Assembly (NCBI RefSeq): GCF_009914755.1
Contig: NC_060933.1
Strand: one strand, 5' to 3'
DNA from: the human T2T-CHM13v2.0 reference genome, Homo sapiens
Length of the DNA stretch: 64,000 nt
Shown one piece after another: positions 14,421 through 28,339 of the stretch. Both the position numbers and the translations under genes were made by a program. The notes under the pieces were generated by a model that saw nothing but the letters and a program-made list of their open reading frames with translations, had not been told where the DNA came from and searched no databases. Every line of letters starts with the position of its first letter. The stretch's first letter is position 1.

Positions 14421-17400
14421 CAATTGTGAGTTCCCTTCCCCAACTCTCTCCCCCTTTTCCCTTTTCTTCCTCTAGATCTAGAGCCATCTCACCCCAGAGG
14501 CTGCCTGGAGCCCAACCTTTCAGTGAGTGACCCTGCCCGTTCTGGAGAAATGGAGTACACCAGTTGGAATATCTGTGTACAGGGCTTGGGCTCTCTCTTC
14601 AGACTGGAAGCAGCCCTTGGCTTGTCCAGGTGCACCCCTGTCCTGGACAGGATCGTGCTGGGAGGCCTGTCCCAAGGCAGGCTAGATTTGTCCAGGGAAT
14701 CCTGAAAGCTAGGCCTCTGGGCCAGCTGTCAGGTTGGCTGAACTACATTCAATGCCGCTTTCAACTTTTCAAACGAATCCACATCCACTGCCTCAGCTAA
14801 TGGTGAAGTGGCTCTTTGATTTCCCATTTGCCATTATCCCTTGTGTGAATAGCTCTGTTAGGGACCGGACAGGGGAGGGGTTGATTGGCAAGCAGGGTTT
14901 GGGCATCAGAGGCCCCTCTCCAAACCCAAGCGCACCCCTAATGACAGTGGCTGGGCATGTGCCCCGCATGGTGCCCAGACGAGCCTGGTGCTCCTTGTAT
15001 GCCAGCACACTTTCTTGCCCCCTTCCTCCCTCCTCCCTTTCTTTCTTCCCGCCTGTATTTCCCAGGCCATCAATGCACATCCTGCTTCCTCCTGGGCTCC
15101 TGCTCCGTATTTCAATCACGAGTCGCGGTGGCAGACTTCAAAGCACATCAGCACACGGTTATTGAGCCCCAGTAACCACATGTCAATGGACGCGGAGGTT
15201 TTCACGTCACTTGTCACCAAGACGGCTATCTACTGGGTTCTGTGGGGGACGATGGTCCAGTCTCTCCCAGGGTATTCGAACAGCCTGCATTGCTAATTTA
15301 CAAAGCTTCATTAGGAACAGCCACAGTGTCCTTTAATTATCATATCAGTGTCCTCTGGGCTACCTGCTCTTCCACAAGTCAGGAGCGCTGCCTAGCTTGC
15401 TCTGTGGGTTAATAGAGTATTAAAAGGGAAACCAAACTGACCACTGGTATATAGTCATTTTTTTTCTGACAGGTAGAAAATAGAAGTGTCAAACCTTTAG
15501 CAGGAGCCGTAATTTACCAAAGAAATTCTCCGTTTATTCCCTTTCCAAGGTAACTCTTCCTCCCTAGTGATGCCTGCAAATATAGTTGATTGCAGCATCT
15601 GCTACTGGGACAGAGGAGGGATCCATGCTGGCTGCGGTAGGCAGGAAATGCAAATGCCTTAAAAGAATCTTGATTCTGTAGGCATTTCTTGGGCACTATC
15701 TGTATGCTAGGGCTTTTCTTGCTCATCAGCTCTCTGGATTTTAACCATTCCTTGAGGGTGGTATTCCTGATCCCATTTCAATGAAGCGTATGCTGAGGCT
15801 CAAGAGATGGGACGTGACTTGCCCAACGTCACACAGCCGGAATTCACATCTAGTCCATCCTTGGAAGATAGAGTAGTGGGCTTGGGAGCTGTGGGGAGAT
15901 GGCCCAGTCCAGGGCTGCAGGAGGGATTCAGGAATCAAGAAACCAGGTCTCAGGCCAGGGACCAGAAGGGTTGGAGCCTCTAAAGCACTCCTGTGGCAAG
16001 CTTTGGGATATGGGGCTGGGGCTAAGCAACCAGGGTGCTTGGATTTGCCCTGTGGTTACCAAACATTCTCAATAAACTCAAACAGGAAATGAATGACTCC
16101 AACAGTCAAGATATCAAGACTTTGGAATGAATTTTTCATCCATCTATCCACTGAATGAGAATTTATTTGTGTCCTCTCTGTGTAGGCAGTATTCTGGGCT
16201 TGGACAGCAATGAATTGCTGAATGGGCCTTGGATACTGTTCTCAGAGACTATACGTGATCTTAGAGTCTGGGGTAAAAATGTGGCTCTTAATCATTGAGA
16301 ACAGTTTTCCCTTATGCCTGGGGATGCAGCTCTTCAAATGACTAATGAGTGGAAGGATAAATTCTTCAGTGGAAGAAAAGTCCAGGAAATAGAGTACCAT
16401 GAGAAGCCAGAAAAGTTTCTAGGAAAGGATAGGTTAGAAATGTACATGGAAAAGATGAGCTTTGGAGTCAAATGCACATGAGTTTGAACCTTGGTTTTGC
16501 TGCGTAACCTTGTGCAGGTCATGGAAGCTCTCTGCGTCTACATTAGGAAATTTCGATTTGCACAGTAAGAAAAAGGCTGCTCACCGTACAAGGATCTTTT
16601 AAGGACTAGCTCAGTGCCTGGCACACATGGGGAAGTGGCAAATGGCAGTTCCCATCCTTCCTCTCTGATGTAGAACCAGTTTGAAGAAATAGTCTGTTTT
16701 TGTTTTTGTTTTTGTTTTCCAGAATCAAAGGAATTTGGGCACATAGGATGGGAGAGAATCACAAATCATTTAAGTTCATTAGGAGTCCAAGTATAGAAAT
16801 ATTTGAAATGATCATTCTCATTTCCTCTTAACAACTACTGACATCTCATGGGAAATTTAGGAACCAACTTTTTCCACTCCATAAAATCCTATTTATAGAA
16901 TTTCTTTTGTGTTCATCCTTCTCTGTGCAGAAAAGAAGCTTTTTTTTTCTTCTGGAGAGGATTCTATAATGTGAAAGCTAACAAATGATCAATATTTATT
17001 TTTTAAAAACCACACTACCTAAACATCTAAGGGGGCAAGAAGACAACTCCAGTTTAAAATGTATGACTTCGAAAGGCCATTGACATCCAAGGCATGCAAT
17101 ATTGCTGGAAAGGGATTGTCACAGAAGCAGGGGAGATTATCAAAGTCACTGAGGAGTTAATGACAGAGGGGGAAGCAAGGCCCCTTACGCTCCTATTCTA
17201 GAACATTCTAACACACCACGTTGCCTCTCAGAGAATAAAGCCCCCCGCAGCTACCCATTACGAAGCATGTTAATACCTCCTTATGATAAAAGGGAGTGGA
17301 AGGGGAAAGGGGAAAGGAAGAAAAACCTTCCCCTCATTCAAAAGGAGGCCCAGGATCAGAAGCCACCCAGTGGGAGAACCTCACATGAAGCAAATGCTCA

Positions 17401-18365
17401 CGATACAGAGAAGATGCTGCATTTCCTAGAAATAAACCTGGTTTTGGCAAACTGCTTAATTTCTGGGCTGCCATCACGAAAAATGCAGCATACGCAAACT
17501 GATGTCCAATTCTGATGTGGGACACATTTGTAAAAATTTTCCTTCGTGAATTACATAGATGCCCCCCAAATCAGTAATCCAATGGAAGGAGAATGACAAA
17601 AATGCATCTCCCTCCAAGAAAGCTGTCAAGCTGAAGAATCAATCAGATAATGTCTATTTCTCGGGGAAAAAGGTGGCTTCACACCCCAGCAATTATTATA
17701 AAATAAAATGTTAAAAAAGAAAGAAGAAAAGAGGCACTTAATTCATGGTAATATGCACTACTATTATGTGCCTCCTGAGGAAGTGACATGAAAAGCTGGT
17801 TAGAGAGAGTTAAGTCTAGACGAGAGAAGAACAGTTCATTATTTCTTATTTCTTGGTGAAAAAGAAAAATAGAATATGGCCAGACTGGCATTAGCATAAT
17901 TCACTCCGAAAACTGCTGATCTATGCAGCACATTATGAGAGATGGACACTGGAAATAAATTCAATTGGAGTGTTTATTATTTTCTTCCCTCTAGTTCTCT
18001 TCAAGGAGCTTGGAGAGAGAGAGTGGGTAGAACAGATGAAAAGCAAGTTCAACTTCTGCCATTTGCGTGGGAGCGCTGAGAGGAGTGTATATCTCGCCAG
18101 TGAATATGTCTTTTTCAAAGTGCTCCTGAGAAGGGCACTTGGTTCGATTTAACATATGGCATTAATATTATTAATTCATAATGAAGCAAAATTTAAACCA
18201 AAGTGGAACAGAGAGAGAGAAGGGTTGTTAGCAAGAGAAAATGCGTGCTGTTAAATTTAGCCGGCAAGACTGAACATACTTAGAGAAATCTAAAGGCAGA
18301 GAATATCATCTTTTATGATTAGGTTGCTGTTAGGATTTTCTGGCACATTTGAAAAAGAAAAATCC

Positions 18366-18691
<326 letters not shown>

Positions 18692-19146
18692 TTAATCGTT
18701 GTGCAATGCTTTCTCCATTTCTCCCTGCATTCTTAATTACTACAGACATTTGTTGGGAAGGGAGGGAGCAGGGAGAGGGGCTCAGTCTGAGTTCCTGTGC
18801 ACTGGCTGCCTGGTCCCCACTTGAAGAAGTGGTTCTCAGTGTCACGGTCACCATGGCTCCCTAATGAGTTTGGCCACTGATTGGGAATGATGGCTGCAGG
18901 ACCTAATAGTCCCTAATGTCACAAAACCTGGGTTTTCATGCAAATGCCCTTAATTATAGAGAGCAAAAGGGTGAAAAATCATAAAGCCTATCACATAGAG
19001 ACAGATTTGTGGCTATATTTTTGACCTCGCCTGGTTCCAATCTGAGAGCATTTTAGGAATCTTCTTGGTTAGAGCCATTCTCAATTCTGCTTTCTTTTCA
19101 AGAGTCATAGCAGTCCTCTTAATAGGTACCTCCTTCCTCTCATACC

Positions 19147-19445
19147 AGAGGTCACCCACCAGTGGTATCTATGGGCAGTCATGCTTTCACTGAATCCACA
19201 GTGTTTAAAATTATTTTTCAAATTGCCAACATTTGTAGATGTGTATTGAGATTTTACATAGATATTTAGGATTGAAAAATCAAAAGCTCTGGTAATATGA
19301 GCCCAGGAGCAGCCTTCCTTTAGACACGGGATGTGCTCTCCAGCTTGCCACAGCCAGCCTTCCCTCCCCGACCTTGTCTACCCAGCCCTCTGTGATAGCT
19401 GATGCTTCCTGCCTAACCTGTAGGCAAGTGAGGTGGTGATTCTTA
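19147..19445 (+). mobile_element. MER102-like hAT-Charlie DNA transposon
   Basis: cagaggtc…cacagtgtttaaaa…ttgccaacattt…gattttacata…gaaaaatcaaaagctctggtaata…tttagacacgggatgtgctctccagcttgccacag. Confidence 0.6.
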
Positions 19446-20339
19446 CCATAAGCAATTTTTCAAATCTCCCCCTCTCTCGAATCTGCCCCTCTCTCTTCTC
19501 TATGGGTAGGACTTTATTAGAAGTAAAAAGGAAGCATTTCCATTTCTACCAGCAATTTAGCCTAGATGATAAACCTTTCTAACTTCTAAATTTGGGCTAT
19601 GCATGCCATCCATTCTCAGGCTCTCCCTGCTGCCTGGAAAAATCCTGCTTTTACCAGTCCAAACCCTGCCTCCTCTCGGGAGCCTGCTTTGATTCCACCA
19701 GGCAGAGGAAGCCTCCCCCATTCTGTACTTGGAGCACTCTGAATGCCACCCTGCTGGGGAGTCCATGAGCTACCGCCCTGTGACTCTACGAAAACATTAC
19801 ATTTGATGATGTGTTCACTGCATGCTATCTGTTAGACTGACAGTCCTTTGAGGGCAGGCAGGGTCCCATTATTTGCCTTTGAATGTCCCATGGCTACCAG
19901 GTGCTCAGGAACAGTCGTTAGGTTAAACCAGACATAATCCTTTATAGCATAACTTTGAGATAGAACAGATCTCACAGGACCAGGGTTCTCTGCAACTCCC
20001 AAGATGTCATCCACATGAAGCCAAGCCATTCCTTCATGTTCTCTGATCTTGAATTGAGTCTTCTGTGTGATGGTGTGAAGGCTGGGGAGGGCCAAGGAAG
20101 CTTCTGCCTTTGCTCCAAAGATCTGTGCCCACAGATGTCTTATGCTGAGAGAAGCACCCCAGCTTGCTCAATCTCATAATTCTCCGGGGCCCCAAATACT
20201 TCCACGGTGCCCTAAGTGCCCTCATGACCTGGGGCCTCTGTCACTAAGCTGCTTTCTTATGTTACAAGGTCCAGGAATCACAAAGGGGCAGAGCCTGCCT
20301 ACCTATCTGTTCTCTTCCTTCTCTTTTTCACTATAATGG

Positions 20340-20762
20340 GGTAGCACTATGCACAGTTAGAATAATTCTATTTCCCAGCTTCCTACGCAGATGGTGGTAG
20401 CCAGTAAGATGGAAGTGGAAGTCACTAAATGCAGCTTCCAGGAAAGCTTTTGAAAGGGATCTAATTCATGTGTGGAGGCCTTTTTTCTTCCTCCCCTTCT
20501 TCCCCTTTCTGCCTGGAACTCAACCATGATGGCTGGATTTTGAGCAGCCCTCTTGTGACCATAAGACAACCCTGAAGTGGAAGTATGCACTTAGGAGGGA
20601 TGAGCAAAAAGACAGAAAGTGGAACATGGATCATCCTGTGGAGTCATTAATGAGCTCTAGAACCCCCACTGCAAAAGTTCCTGTTATATGAAAGAAAGTT
20701 CCTATTTAAGCCATTCGTAGATGGTTCCCTGTTACTGAAAGCCAAATGTAATTCCTAAATGA
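20340..20762 (+). mobile_element. Old MaLR LTR (MLT1J-like)
   Basis: tttcccagcttcc…tgcctggaac…tgatggctgga…gcagccctcttgtgacca…tttaagccatt…tgttactgaaagccaaatgtaattcctaa. Confidence 0.65.
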
Positions 20763-20919
20763 GTCAGAGAGTATCATGTCAGGCAGTCTTTTCAGTGCAA
20801 ATAATAACATGTGCCTATTGATTTTTTTGAAAATTCCCACTGCCTGATGGAAATAATAACCACAAGACTCCCACTGAAAAAGCAGCTCCCATGAACTAGG
20901 CATCAGGCCAGCTGCTTTA

Positions 20920-21100
20920 TGATATATTATCCCAACCTCATAACAAATCCTGCAAGGCAGGGATGATTGTTCCCATTTTGCAGATGAGAGAACTGAGTGC
21001 AGAGAAGATAAGGAATTTATCCAAAGCCACACAGCTATGAAGTAATGTGCTTGGCTCTGAAGCCAGACCTGTCTGATCCCAAAGCCTGTCCTCTTTCCAC
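20920..21100 (-). mobile_element. MIR
   Basis: cccattttgcagatgagagaactgag…tccaaagccacacagcta. Confidence 0.7.
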
Positions 21101-22484
21101 TGGGCTTCCCTCCCCCACCCTGCCCTACCTCCTGAAACTAACGCAAAGCCCTTCTCAAAGTCACCATGCAAAATTACTACTTCAGGTGTACTGAAACGGC
21201 AAAATTCCTGCCAATACTTCTGTGTACCATCCTGTCAGGAATAGCAGAGGGCTAGAGTTAGAATTTATAAAACTTCTTTGGAGACAAGTCTTTGACAAAA
21301 GTGGCTTCCCACTCAAGACTTCTAATTATTTTAGTGAATAAAGCTGTGAAAAGCATGACTTTGAGGTGCAAGACAAAAATATTAAAATCACTGATGGGAA
21401 AAACAACAGCAATACTGAGTGCTAGCAGACATCCTCCTTGAGGTGTATAGGATACAATTAATTGCTAAGGAATAATTCACTGTTGTCGCCCATTCATATT
21501 TGTTAAAGGGATCTAGAGTTATTAGATTAACATATACTTAGTGGGAACCTTCTTTGATCGAGACTCTGTGTAGGACCATATATATATCTATATGAATTAT
21601 ATATAAACATACATATAATTTCATAGAATTCTTTTAATCTTGTAAGAAGAAACTGACATTTATTGATCACTTACCATACGCTAGATGTTTCTATGCGATC
21701 TCAACTAATATTACACACACTATTGTAGGGCACAGGCAGCTTTATCCTCATTTTACAGGATGGATTTATTGAGGTTTAGGGGTGCTCTTTGACTTGCCTT
21801 AGGGTTACTTGCCCTAGAAGCCAGTAAATGCTGCTGTATTGCCCCAAAGTGCCCCCACAGGGTAGAGGGAAATTAATGTGTAATCTCAGGAAACCAAGCG
21901 GCAACTGCTAACTTTGCAGGCTGCAGCAAAGATATAATTTCTTTATCTCATGCTTTATCTTGAAAATTCATGCAAATTTTGCATTACACTCTATAATATG
22001 GCCATGCTATTTTTATATTAGAACAAATGTATTAAAATATTTATCAGCTGAGTTATTTAACTTTTCCCTTCTGAAACTGACACTTTGGAAAGATGTGCCT
22101 TGCTTCTCTGTTGTGGCTTCACGAACGCCAAACACACAGCCATGCACCACTGGGAGAAGCCCAGTTTAAGAAGCACAAGGTCTGCCTGACTCCAAGGGGC
22201 GATTATTAATATGCGTTTTCAGGACTCAGCTCAAGGTAGGCACAGAGTTGTTTTTAAATCATGAACATAAGGTTGCAATGCGGTCACACCCATCATATTC
22301 ATTAATTCACTCAACAAATGAGATTCTACCATGTGCCAGCCACTAGGCTAATCCAAGCTCAAATGGGGTACTGACCCAGCACCACAGATTCTCCCGAGCG
22401 CAGTCAGGGAGACCCGCCAGCCAGATGTGAGACTGGACTCCACCCAGCCCAAAGCCCAAGCCAGAGGGGGCTGTTCTCACTGAC

Positions 22485-22736
22485 CTTATGAAGGTACGAA
22501 AGCCTGTTGGCCCCAACTTCATTGTCCCCTTGATGCCCAGGAACCGGATAAACAAATTTGCCATCCTGTCCACCAGGCGCAGGTAGTTGAACTGTTTTGC
22601 GTACTTGGGGAACACCTGCTTGAGGCAAATGGAAGGCAGGTGGGCTTCGGGGTTGGCGTTGCAGTCTGGAGCACTGGTCAGCTCGCCGTCCAAAGCATCT
22701 TCCTTTCCAGCGAATGGTTTTTCAAGCTGCTGAGAC
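22485..22736 (-). CDS. TTLL11: TTLL11 internal coding exon (252 nt, phase 2-2): SQQLEKPFAGKEDALDGELTSAPDCNANPEAHLPSICLKQVFPKYAKQFNYLRLVDRMANLFIRFLGIKGTMKLGPTGFRTFI(R)
   Basis: Acceptor ttaattctttgtgtgcttcag|G, donor ATAAG|gtcagt. Open frame inside ORF 22343..22747, CpG-retaining coding-like composition, peptide recalled as TTLL11, in-frame join to the 12431 exon. Confidence 0.95.
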
Positions 22737-25370
22737 CTGAAGCACACAAAGAATTAATGATATAACACTTTCCCTTTCAGTTTCTCCTTTACTTGAGATT
22801 TACAGCCTCCTCGGGAGGCAGCATTACCAGCATTTTTTATTTTACAGACAGCAAGACTGACCACAGAGAAGTGACCTGCCCAAGCTCACACAGCTAGCAC
22901 ATAGCCAAGCCAGGACATGAAACCAAGGCAGAGCCACGGCTAGAAATGTATCCTTCCTCCTTCCACCATCCTGGTTTCCCAGTATGAAAACTTTCCTTTA
23001 CTGTATTCATGATTCAACGGAATACTCTGTTATGTAGCAGTCTGGATTTGATTTCAAACTCTTACTTATGGGTAGTAATTGAATAATTAAGAAATATAAA
23101 AATCTCATTGAGGACTGGCGAGAAGCCAGAACACAGTTCAACGAACAATTTGCAAAGATGCATCAGCTACCGAATTCTAGGAATAGAAACAATTATATTT
23201 CTGGCTTAACTGTTTTTTTTTTTTAAATTTGGAATTCATACAAAAAATGATTATAGTGTAGTGATTCCTTAGTCTGGATATTCAGAAATTATTTTGATAT
23301 TCAAGAAAACTAGCAGCTAATAACTCTTAAATATCCACCTCTAGCACAGAATGTTCTTCTCACCTTAGACCTATATATTATTCCCCCTGCCCCAAATCTA
23401 TGTCTCCCATCTCCTTGAACGTCACAACCATCTGCCAGTTACTCAACAGGAAAGCACAGAATAAATGCCGACTCCTCCTCAGCTAGTTCTGCCTCCTTAG
23501 TCCTGAAGCCAACCCCTGCTCTGCCCCTGCTTGGACTGTAGCAAAGGCCCTCCTGCCTCTGGCTTTGCCCATCCATAGATCCATCCTTCAAACTGGCACC
23601 TGAGTCACCTCTTTTTAGGCCAGCCTGGCTGAGTCACTTACTTGCTAAAACCACTGAGGACTCCCAAGTCTGTACTGCTCATTCTGGCACTTGAGGCCCT
23701 TCCCGAGTTCTTCCCGGGCCTCCTCATTTCCAATCATCCCCCTGCCAGGCACACAGTTCCAGCCCAAGCCTTGTGTGCTGCTCCTCCCAACCTGCCACTC
23801 ACTGGCCTGCCCTGGAACCGGAGACTCCATGCTCCTTGGACACCCAGCTCCCTTCCACACTCAAAGGCCCTCTCTGCAATTGCAGGTCAGTTCCCACTCC
23901 TGGGTCCTATCCTGTCGGGATCTGGGGCCAGGCGTAGCCCTCTCTCACCTGTTGTGTTCATTCCTGAGACAGAACCTCGAGCATGTTATACATGGTCAGT
24001 AAATGCTGCCTGGTTGACTAACTGATCCAAGGAAGTTAGGATGACGTCTCGTGGTACTGAGACGTGCTGCTGTTAATGGTACCAAGGCCTGTTCTCTACT
24101 CCTTATTAAATGTCCTCATGCCCAGTGCTTTCATTTCCAAGCAAGCACACCATTAGTGCCCAGGTTGGGCCATCTGGGTGTCTTTGTGCCTGCTTTCCTC
24201 TGGCCGTGGCCGGCTGGCACACTTCTGTTCCACTTTCAAAACCAGCTGAGATGGCTTCTTGACCACACAGGTCCCTCTCTCTCATGCCTCATCCCTATTT
24301 CTTGGACCTGCTTCCTTGTTTGCTTTGTCATGCCTGCACTGCACTGGTTTACATGCCAGTCTCTCTCACCGTTTTGTGAGCTCATTGAAGGCCTACATCT
24401 GTTTCATATAGAAATTTCACTCCTATTTCTATAAGACCTGAAACATACTTGGTGTTTGAGAAAGTTTCATTGAATCCATTGCATTGAAAAAGTTTGCAAC
24501 GTAAGCCTTAACATATCAAGGTTATAATGCTTTGTAACCTGTAAGTGCTTTTAAATTCAATAGCGAAACAACATGCGTGATAGCCCTGTACGAACGGTCC
24601 TCTCTTCATCCCAGTCCAAGGAGCCAGCCTCTGGGAAAAACTCCCTTGTGTGAATAAAAAGTCCTGGAAGGCCTATTCCCGGTTCCTCCTTAGTGGGTCT
24701 TGATGCTGGTCTCAAAGCAAGGACAGGCAGAGGGCAGAAGCAGAGAAGCATGAGGGAAAAATCTCTTTTCAACTTCAACAATGTGGAGGGTTTTAAGGAA
24801 AGAAATGCTCCCTCCCACAAAGAGGAGAGTCCTGACTCCTTGGGAGAGGCGAATGTGCCCAAAGGGCTGCAATTTTCCTTCTGCTAAAATGATTTTGTCA
24901 TCATCACCTTGAACTTAAGACAGTAAATATCAGGTGGTTGCTTTTCAGTTGAAATGAAATGTTTTCCCATTAAGGTTATAGGAAGAAAGATGAGAAAAAA
25001 GGCGACACTTTTACCGGAAATTAGCCCTTAAATTACTGGGTAAGTGGCAATCAATGACTTTATAAGCACTCAGTAAGTTTTTATTCAAGGAAAGATTTGG
25101 AAATGTACAGTTGGAATACACTCAATAACAACGAAAATAGCTCAGAGGACTCCTCAGTTGGCAGATCCATCCACAGTCAGGTGGTCATCTGCTCTTCACT
25201 CCACTTTGCACAGTAGACTGTTATGACTATGCCCCTGTTCCAGACGAAGAAACTGAGGCTTGGCAAGGTGTTGCACCTGTATCATCTAGCTGAACTGGAA
25301 TTATAAGTCAGTTCTTATAATCCACTGATCCACTGCTCTTTCTATTTTACTACTGTAATTCTTCTTCTCC

Positions 25371-26288
25371 TTTTTTTTTTTTTTTTTTTGGCTTCAAGCC
25401 ATTCTCCTGCCTCAGCCTCCTGAGTTAGCTGGGATTACAGGCATGCGCCACCACACCCAGCTAATTTTTTTATATTTTTAGTAGAGACAGGGTTTCACCA
25501 TGTTGGTCAGGCTGGTCCTGAACTCCTGACCTCAAGCAATCCACCTGCCTCAGCCTTCCAAAGTGCTGCGATTACAGGCATGAGCCACCGTGCCCAGTCC
25601 CGCCTCCTCCTCCTCCTCCTCCTCCTCCTCTCTTCTTCTTCTTCTTCTTCTTCTTCTTTTTTAAGAGATAGGGGCTCACTTTGTCACCCAGGCTGGAGTG
25701 CAGTGGTACAACCACAGCTCACTGTAGCCTAGGCTCAGCCTAGGTACCTGGGCTCAAACAATCTTGCCTCAGCTTCCTGAGTAGCTAGAACTACAGGTGT
25801 GCACCACCATTAGCCTGACTTTTTTTTTTTTTTTTTTTTTTTGAGAGACAGAGTCTTGCTCTGTCACCCAGGCTGGAGTGTAGTGGCGTGATCTTGGCTC
25901 ACTGCCACTGCAACCTCTGCCTCCTGGGTTCAAGTGATTCTCTTGTCTCAGCCTCCTGAGTAGCTGGGATTACAGGTGTGTGCCACCACACCTGGCTAAT
26001 TTTTGTATTTTTATAGAGATGGGGTTTTGCCATCTCTACTAAATGGTTTGGCCAGGCTGGTCTCTAACTCCTGACCTCAAGTGATCCACCCACCTCAGCC
26101 TCCCAAAGTGCTGGGATTACAGGCGTGAGCCACCGTGCCTGGCCAGTCTGGTTAATTTTTAAGTTTTTTTTGTAGAGATAAGGTCTCGCTACATTGATCA
26201 GGCTAGTCTTGAACTCAAGCGATCCTCCTGCCTTGGCCAGCCTCCCAATATCTTGGGATTATAGGCATGAGCCTCTGCACCCGACCCA
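25371..26288 (-). mobile_element. Nested Alu cluster: internally deleted Alu (25371-25600), (CCT)n(CTT)n tail, and AluJ (25655-25819 plus 26145-26288) interrupted by AluS (25820-26144)
   Basis: Three reverse-orientation Alu bodies and poly-T tails; the AluJ halves resume on either side of the AluS. Confidence 0.85.
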
Positions 26289-26721
26289 CCACCCCATTAT
26301 TCAAATATACATCATAATTCACATTGTGGGTTACAAATCCTATGTGGAATTATTGATTTTTTATTTTATAGAATTTTTTAAAGATTATAATAGTAAGTCA
26401 TGCTCTTTGTAGACATTCTGAGAAATGTATAAAGGAATCAAAATCATTTGTAATTCTACAAGTCTGAGAGCAACACTATTAACATTTTGATTTCTTATCT
26501 ATATTTATAAAGTTAGGATTACATTACATGTATTCCAAATCCTTCTTTTTATACCCTACATTGTAAGTATCTTCCCATGGTATTAAGAGTGTTTTCATCA
26601 GTGTAATTTCTCATGACATGACATATTCTGTATTAATTAACCATTCCCCCTCAGTTAGAGATCTAGTGTCACATGGTCTGTCATTTGACTAAATAGAGTC
26701 AGTGATCAGTCCCCTGAGTGA

Positions 26722-26973
<252 letters not shown>

Positions 26974-28339
26974 TAAAATCTTACAGCTATAAGTGGCTTT
27001 GGAGATCACTCTGTCCAACGATGTCATTTATTATTTTATCATAGTATAATAATGAACATAAAGCTCACCGTTTTAACCATTTTCAAGTGGACAGTTCAGT
27101 GGTGTTTCAGGCATTCACACTGTTGTGTAACTGTCACCAGTATCTAGTTCCAGAACATTTTTGAAATGATTCTAGAGAAGAAATTTAAATCCAGATAGAT
27201 AAGGTCATTTGATCAGCATATCATCCAGGGTCGTGGGCTTAGCTGGGGTTGCCCTGGTGATGGGAACTCCACCACCTCTGGGACACCTCAGACTGGAAAG
27301 GTGTTCGCAATGGTAACCAGCAAATTGTCTTTCTCCAGGGTCCAACTCCTGCCTCCAGAGCCTTGCAGAATGAGTCTGTTTTTTCTTCTAGCGACAGCCT
27401 TTCAAATTTCTTTCAAGGGTTGCTGTATTTAGTGGATGACTACCATTTCCCATCCTTCCTGAATCCCAATTAATAACCTCACGATGAAAAGAGTCTTCAA
27501 AGCCAGAGATATCATTTTCATGGACTCAACCGCAAATTCAGAGGGAGGTGGTTTTACTCAGCTGGAAGAAGGCACTAACGATACATCTGATATGTAAGAG
27601 GAAATGAAACAATGAGAAATGGTATCTTTGCTGGAGATAATTCCAATTATCATGTTGAGATCCAAGCCATCACAAATATGTAAGATCCTGTTTTTACTTA
27701 ATAGCATTTTAATGGAAATGTCGGGCTTATGAAATAAAAGTGACTGGTAAAGAAAATATAAATCAAGCTGACTAGTCCTTTGGGATAATTTTTTTAAAAC
27801 TGAATTTGTTATATCCTTGATTCATTAAAATAGGTGAAAGAGTTCTGGAATGTTTTATCTATTAGCATTTTTCAAATACAATGGAATCATTTTTCATTGA
27901 AACTTGTGAAAAACCACCTATCTCTATTTTGCCTGGAAAGTTAACTGTTCATTTATCAAGGGCCTACTACATGTCTAACATTGCTCCAAGCCACTTACCT
28001 ATATTGCTTCATTTGTTTCTCATAACAATTCTACAGTGTAGGTGGAAACGATTCCCATTTTACAGATTAGGAAACAGGCCCAGAGAGGCTGAATACTTTC
28101 CCAAGCTCACCCAATCAGTAGTGAAATCAGGATTTACACTTGGGACTGTCTCACAACACACCCCATGCTTAGTTCACTATATAGCTTTTGTGATCATTTG
28201 ATTTAAATCAAATCAGAGACTTTTCTTCTTATGTATAAGTGGTATATAGTTCCAGAAATTAACAGAGAAGTAGATCTAGCAAGGTCAAATTCTAGTTGCT
28301 GAGAAGTTGCTTGAGTTAATTTCCATCTCTAGTTAAACA

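Noticed and set aside
22343-22747. 134-aa ORF as a standalone gene
   Set aside because: It is the TTLL11 exon plus read-through into both introns. The splice sites define 22485-22736.
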